Assembly (NCBI GenBank): GCA_013138975.1
Contig: WTBR01000065.1
Location: 43,750 to 107,749, forward strand
Reading direction: 5' to 3'
From: Bacteroidales bacterium
GTDB taxonomy: Bacteria; Bacteroidota; Bacteroidia; Bacteroidales; UBA12077
DNA: 64,000 nt
The position numbers were made by a program, and so were the translations under genes. The notes under the pieces are model-generated. The model searched no databases and was not told the origin of the DNA. It saw only the letters and a list, made by a program, of their open reading frames with translations. Below, piece after piece: positions 59,799 to 64,000 of this stretch; position 1 is the first letter of the stretch; every line of letters begins with the position of its first letter.

Positions 59799-62396
59799 TT
59801 ACACTTCTACTTCTTCTGATATATTCTCCATTTCCACTCCTTGAAAAATTAGCATCGCATATTCTAAAATTGTTGGTGCCTCAAAAACTTTAACTAAAGG
59901 AATATTTACATCAAATTCTTTATGAACTTTAGCTGTTAAAATTGTTGCTTTTAGGGAATGTCCTCCAAGATCAAAGAAATTTGCATTGGTACTTAATTTC
60001 TCTTGAGGTATTTTAAATAAATCAGACCATATCTTAACGAGTTTCTCTTCTGTTTTATTTGCCGGAGCAATGTATTCTTCCTGAACTTTCATTTCAGGTG
60101 TCGGAAGAGCTGTTTTGTTTATTTTTCCATTACTATTTAATGGCAGACTGTCTAACTCAACAAAATAAGACGGAATCATATAGTCAGGTAATGAATTTTT
60201 TAAATAAGCTTGTAACTCTGCTTGATTAAATTGTTCTTTACCCTCAAGGTATGCGCATAAGTACTTATCATCGTTTTCCTCCCTAACTATAACTACACAA
60301 TTCTCAACATTCCTATTTTTATTGATTGCATTTTCTATTTCTCCAAGCTCAATTCTAAAACCTCGAATTTTTACTTGATCATCAATCCTACCTATAAACT
60401 CCATATTACTATTAGGAAGCCAACGAGCAAGATCGCCTGTACGATATAATTTTTCTCCCTCAATAAACGGATGTGCGATAAATTTTTCATTGGTTAATTG
60501 CTCCTTGTTCAGATAAGCTTTCGCTAAACCTACACCAGAAACACATAACTCTCCCGGGATACCAATAGGCTTTAGCTGTTCACTATATTTATCCAATATA
60601 TAAACCTGCATATTATTAATAGGCAATCCTATAGGCACATTCGTTTCTTTATTATTATCATATTTATAAATCATACAACCTACTGTTGCTTCGGTTGGGC
60701 CATACTCATTATAAATTATAACTTCAGGATTCTTCTCTGTTATATTTCGACATAAATTAGAGTCCAATAATTCACCACCAACAATAAATTTATTAATACT
60801 GGTTGTTTTGTTTTTTTCTAAAAGCTGACTAAATACACGTAAATGTGATGGCGTAGCCTTTATTATGTTTACTTGGTCTCTTAGAACCATATCCTCAAGT
60901 ATTTCCAGAACATCTCCTTCAGGGTAAATTATTATTTTATTACCAGATAATAATGGTAAATAAATTGATGAAATGGTTAAATCAAAACTCATACTGGTAT
61001 ACAATGGCATACTAACTTCTTGTGAGTCTATATAATGATGTATTCCCCATTGTACATAATTAACTAAACTGGAATGAGCTATAACAACTCCTTTTGGTAT
61101 ACCTGTTGAACCTGATGTATAAATGATATATGCAGGATCATTCGATGAATACTTTATTTCTATGTTTTCACATGATCCTGAATATATATTAGGATCACTC
61201 ATGTCAAGCAGATTGTTCGATGGAATCCCTTGAAGGTTATTCGTGTTTTGAGTAATCAATTCAGAATGCGAAAGCAAAATTGACAATTCACTATCTTCAA
61301 TCAAATATTGTTTTCTGGAATTCGGGTAGTTTTTATCTATAGGCACATAAACACCTCCAACCTTTAATGTCGCTAAAATTGCAATAATTGAATCAATTGA
61401 TCGATTCAACATTATACCTATTCTCGAACCTACTTCTGCACCCTTACTTTGTAATAAATGGGCTAACTGATTCGATTTATTGTTTAAGTCTCTGTAATTT
61501 AATCGTTGTCCTTGAAATTCCAATGCAATATTGTCAGGAGATTTTTCAACCTGTGCTTCGAACAAATCAATTATCGTCTTATTATCTGAATAATTTGCCT
61601 TTGTTTCATTATTTTTTTGCAATTGAGCATATTTATCTTCATCATTGATAAGATCAATCTCTGCTAAAGGCTTATCTATATTTTCATAAAAAGATTCAAG
61701 AACCTTAGAATAAAAATTAAATAATTTTACTATCGTTTCATCTTTATAGAAATTAGAATTATATTTTATTTTGCATGATAATGAATCATTATTTACTGAA
61801 AATGAAAATAGTAAGTTAAATTTTATGTTGCTTAAATAATCCTCTGTTTGTAAGTTTTCTAATATTATTCCTATATCAAAAAACGGATAAAAATCATCTT
61901 TCTCATATGGTATCTTAAGCTTCTTTATTATATGTTCAAGAGGATAATTTTGATTTTTATTCGCTTCGATAATAATATCTTTTGTTTTTAATAATAACTC
62001 TTTAACACTTTGCTTTTCATCTACATTATTACGTAATACAAGAATTGTATTAATGAAATTTGCCCCACTTGTCTGCTTATATATAGATGTTCCTATTGAA
62101 ATGTCATTTTCAAAAGAATGCTTACGGATTAAAATAAACAATGCTGTTTTTAAAATAAATTGCAATTTTAAATCAGATCCTTTGCTTAACTTATTTATGC
62201 TTGAAAATATTTCATTTCCTATTTCAAATTCCAAATACTTGTATTCTGTTGTTTTGGTTTTAACATCAGGAAAATCACTTGGAAAATTACTTTTTTTGAA
62301 ATCTTCACCTAGTATTTTTAACCAATACTGCATTTCTTCTTGTTCTTTTTGAACTAATATTGTTGTTTTATCTGCATTCAATTTCTCGTCTTTCAT
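59799..62396 (-). CDS. NRPS module, 865 aa: (C-terminal-lobe-only C-like region)-A(Asn/Asp-like)-T
   Basis: The N-terminal ~250 aa align only with the post-HHxxxDG half of C domains (QYWLKILGEDF..FPSDFP ~ YWLKKFSDEIP..LPLDYSRP). A cores are YTSGSTGIPKG, NEYGPTE, YRTGDLARW and NGKINK. The carrier is FFDLGGHSLKA, followed by the acidic tail ENISEEVEV. Confidence 0.95.
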   Translation of the reverse strand: MKDEKLNADKTTILVQKEQEEMQYWLKILGEDFKKSNFPSDFPDVKTKTTEYKYLEFEIGNEIFSSINKLSKGSDLKLQFILKTALFILIRKHSFENDISIGTSIYKQTSGANFINTILVLRNNVDEKQSVKELLLKTKDIIIEANKNQNYPLEHIIKKLKIPYEKDDFYPFFDIGIILENLQTEDYLSNIKFNLLFSFSVNNDSLSCKIKYNSNFYKDETIVKLFNFYSKVLESFYENIDKPLAEIDLINDEDKYAQLQKNNETKANYSDNKTIIDLFEAQVEKSPDNIALEFQGQRLNYRDLNNKSNQLAHLLQSKGAEVGSRIGIMLNRSIDSIIAILATLKVGGVYVPIDKNYPNSRKQYLIEDSELSILLSHSELITQNTNNLQGIPSNNLLDMSDPNIYSGSCENIEIKYSSNDPAYIIYTSGSTGIPKGVVIAHSSLVNYVQWGIHHYIDSQEVSMPLYTSMSFDLTISSIYLPLLSGNKIIIYPEGDVLEILEDMVLRDQVNIIKATPSHLRVFSQLLEKNKTTSINKFIVGGELLDSNLCRNITEKNPEVIIYNEYGPTEATVGCMIYKYDNNKETNVPIGLPINNMQVYILDKYSEQLKPIGIPGELCVSGVGLAKAYLNKEQLTNEKFIAHPFIEGEKLYRTGDLARWLPNSNMEFIGRIDDQVKIRGFRIELGEIENAINKNRNVENCVVIVREENDDKYLCAYLEGKEQFNQAELQAYLKNSLPDYMIPSYFVELDSLPLNSNGKINKTALPTPEMKVQEEYIAPANKTEEKLVKIWSDLFKIPQEKLSTNANFFDLGGHSLKATILTAKVHKEFDVNIPLVKVFEAPTILEYAMLIFQGVEMENISEEVEV

Positions 62397-62440
62397 AATT
62401 AGATCATAATTTTTTAATAAATAATTTCTAGAGTTTTATT

Positions 62441-62599
62441 AATACCAACTAAACACCAAAATAAGCTATATAATTCGTTTCTTTTTCACTTATATTTCTT
62501 CAAAAAAGAAAATCGTAACTACTGCTATGCTAGTATTTTTTGAATCATCTAAGCAAAAAATAATTCAAATTATTTATAGCTCATTTTGAAATTTAATTG
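62441..62599 (+). repeat. Intergenic repeat rep1, copy 2 (inside the NRPS gene spacer)
   Basis: Aligns with 18421..18604 in the same orientation. Confidence 0.8.
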
Positions 62600-62634
62600 G
62601 CATAACTCTTAATATTTTCACCTATATAGTGTTT

Positions 62635-62862
62635 GCAAGAAAACGCCAAATTACTCACGAGTTTAATAATTATAAAATTGTGTTCGTGAGCTTCGCAAGG
62701 TTCTTCGTTACTCTCGTTTTGAAACCAGTTACTTCGACAGGCTCAGCACATAGCATTCACAAAAGTGAACTCCTTGGTTTTCAAAATCTCGAATTCCGAT
62801 AACTATCGGAACGTCTTTGACGCTTTCTTATCAAAGACTATAATAATATGTAGTTTTCTTGC
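62635..62862 (+). mobile_element. MITE-like structured repeat rep2, copy 2 (228 bp, carries an extra REP-like insert)
   Basis: TIRs are gcaagaaaac (62635..62644) and gttttcttgc (62853..62862). It has the same internal hairpins as 20269..20422, plus about 74 extra bp containing cttcgacaggctcagcac. Confidence 0.5.
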
Positions 62863-62884
62863 AGGCTCTATATAGTTTGGTTTC

Positions 62885-64000
62885 TTAAAATTCAAAATCA
62901 ACATCCTGTTGATCAAAAGGGGAACTAACTTCTGTCATTCTACTCATTAAATTAATATCATTTATCTTAACTGCATTACTATTTACAATTTGTTTAAAAT
63001 ATAATATAAATTGTTCTATTGTTTCAGGTTTAAATAATTTTGTACTATATACAAAACTTAACATTAATTGATCTCCATAATCAACAGTAGATAAGGTTAA
63101 ATCAAATTTGGAAGTTCCAGCATTATGAATCAAACATTGATTGTTAAAGTTTGATAAATCACCACTATATTCGTCCTGATTTAAAACATTAAACACAACA
63201 TTAAATATTGGATTATGACTAATGTTACGTTCTACAGATACTTGCTCTACTAAATCCTCAAACTGATAATCTTGATGCTCAAATGCTTCAAGGGTATTTT
63301 GTTTTAATTTACGTAAATACTCTTTTAAAGTATCGCTTCCTTTTACTTCATTCCGCATTACCAAAGTATTTATAAATAGTCCTACTATATTCTCCAAATC
63401 AACATGACTTCGACCTGCTATAGGTGTTCCTACAATTACATCCTCTTGACCTGTCAATTTGGAAAGGAGTATTGTGAAAACAGATAAAACTGACATGTAA
63501 AGAGTTAATTCATTTTCTTTTGTCAGTAATTTTATAATTTTTGTTTCTTCTTTACTTAATGTAAAACTAACAATGGCACCATCAAAGCTTTTCTTATCAG
63601 GACGAGTATAATCTGTAGGTAACTCTAATGCAGGAATTTCACCTTTAAATCTATTGATCCAATATTGTTCTTGTTTTTTTACTTTAACCTTCTGTTCTTC
63701 ACTGTCCTGCCATTCACTAAAGTCTTTATATTGCAACTCTAAGGGAGGTAAATCTTCACCTAAATACAGTTTCTGGAATTCTTGTTTTAAAATTACGCGT
63801 GAGACTCCATCACTTATAATATGATGCATATCTACCATTAACAAACTATCTTTTCCTTTGATTTCAACTATGGCTACTCGTAAAAGAGGTGCTTGAGTTA
63901 AATCAAAAACTTGTGTGAATTTGTTAAGGGTAGTTTGTTTTTCTGTTTCTTCAATCTTAAAGTTTTCAACTTTAAAATCTACATGATCATGTATGATCTG
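62885..64000 (-). CDS. NRPS, 5'-partial (continues beyond the right window edge); the visible part is a complete C domain followed directly by a stop
   Basis: The reading frame is open from 64000. The tracked TTG at 63844 is internal (..APLLRVAIVEIKGKDSLLMVDMHHIISDG..). The C domain is highly similar to the other C domains here and ends ..KINDINLMSRMTEVSSPFDQQDVDFEF*. Confidence 0.93.
   Translation of the reverse strand, partial: QIIHDHVDFKVENFKIEETEKQTTLNKFTQVFDLTQAPLLRVAIVEIKGKDSLLMVDMHHIISDGVSRVILKQEFQKLYLGEDLPPLELQYKDFSEWQDSEEQKVKVKKQEQYWINRFKGEIPALELPTDYTRPDKKSFDGAIVSFTLSKEETKIIKLLTKENELTLYMSVLSVFTILLSKLTGQEDVIVGTPIAGRSHVDLENIVGLFINTLVMRNEVKGSDTLKEYLRKLKQNTLEAFEHQDYQFEDLVEQVSVERNISHNPIFNVVFNVLNQDEYSGDLSNFNNQCLIHNAGTSKFDLTLSTVDYGDQLMLSFVYSTKLFKPETIEQFILYFKQIVNSNAVKINDINLMSRMTEVSSPFDQQDVDFEF

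Noticed and set aside
38338-62352. Many 60-140-aa plus-strand ORFs inside the NRPS/PKS genes (for example 57524..57949, 49262..49549, 62053..62352)
   Set aside because: All of them are antisense shadows of long, motif-rich minus-strand megasynthase ORFs. Their translations are low-complexity Ile/Leu/Phe/Ser-rich strings, as expected from AT-rich antisense frames.
62397-62884. Idea that the partial NRPS and the 865-aa protein are one gene split by a sequencing frameshift
   Set aside because: The 488-bp gap has multiple stops in all three minus-strand frames. It is made of repeat elements that also occur at 18.4-20.4 kb. The downstream ORF resumes in the middle of a different, divergent C-like domain, so a simple frameshift cannot join them.
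36654-64000. Search for epimerisation, N-methylation, cyclisation or reductase release domains in the assembly line
   Set aside because: Inter-domain spacing leaves no room for such domains apart from the one decarboxylase-like insert. Every HHxxxDG motif belongs to a standard C domain located after a T domain or a docking head. The only release domain seen is the C-terminal TE.

Overview
This window is an AT-rich chromosomal segment that looks Bacteroidota-like, based on a Fib_succ_major lipoprotein, an ECF sigma/FecR/STN-TonB receptor set, an FtsX permease and PorT-type barrels.

The left half (1-32 kb) holds ordinary housekeeping and sensing genes:
- an edge-truncated NTase/HEPN ORF
- a KefG/F-KefC K+ efflux pair
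- rlmN and an FNR-like reductase
- a half DEAD-box-like protein
- an ECF sigma, FecR and a transducer TonB receptor
- a FIST protein, an SDR and an orphan histidine kinase
- a TolB-like propeller and glutathione peroxidase
- a DUF4212-like/SSS/TPR/Cache-PAS-CBS-DUF294 operon
- YceI

The intergenic DNA carries several short repeat families. Some of them bracket gene blocks.

The right half (33.2 kb to the right edge, all on the minus strand) is a large hybrid NRPS-PKS gene cluster that runs off the window. In transcription order it reads:
- a partial NRPS ending in a C domain
- a 488-bp spacer made of repeat elements
- an 865-aa (half-C)-A-T protein
- a 3741-aa dock-C-A-T-C-A[insert]-T-C-A-T protein
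- a 1508-aa KS-AT-KR-T protein
- a 2365-aa dock-C-A-T-C-A-T-TE protein
- a GT-A-like protein
- an FtsX/MacB-type permease

The main finding is in the second adenylation domain of the 3741-aa NRPS. It is split between core motifs A5 and A6 by an in-frame domain of about 540 aa that looks like a group II PLP-dependent amino-acid decarboxylase, with apparently intact PLP motifs. The host A domain has a V-D (235/236) beta-alanine-like specificity signature. This suggests an in-cis make-and-load module (for example Asp to beta-Ala). I am not aware of any description of this architecture.

All domain boundaries are estimated from motifs read by eye. No HMM or BLAST search could be run.
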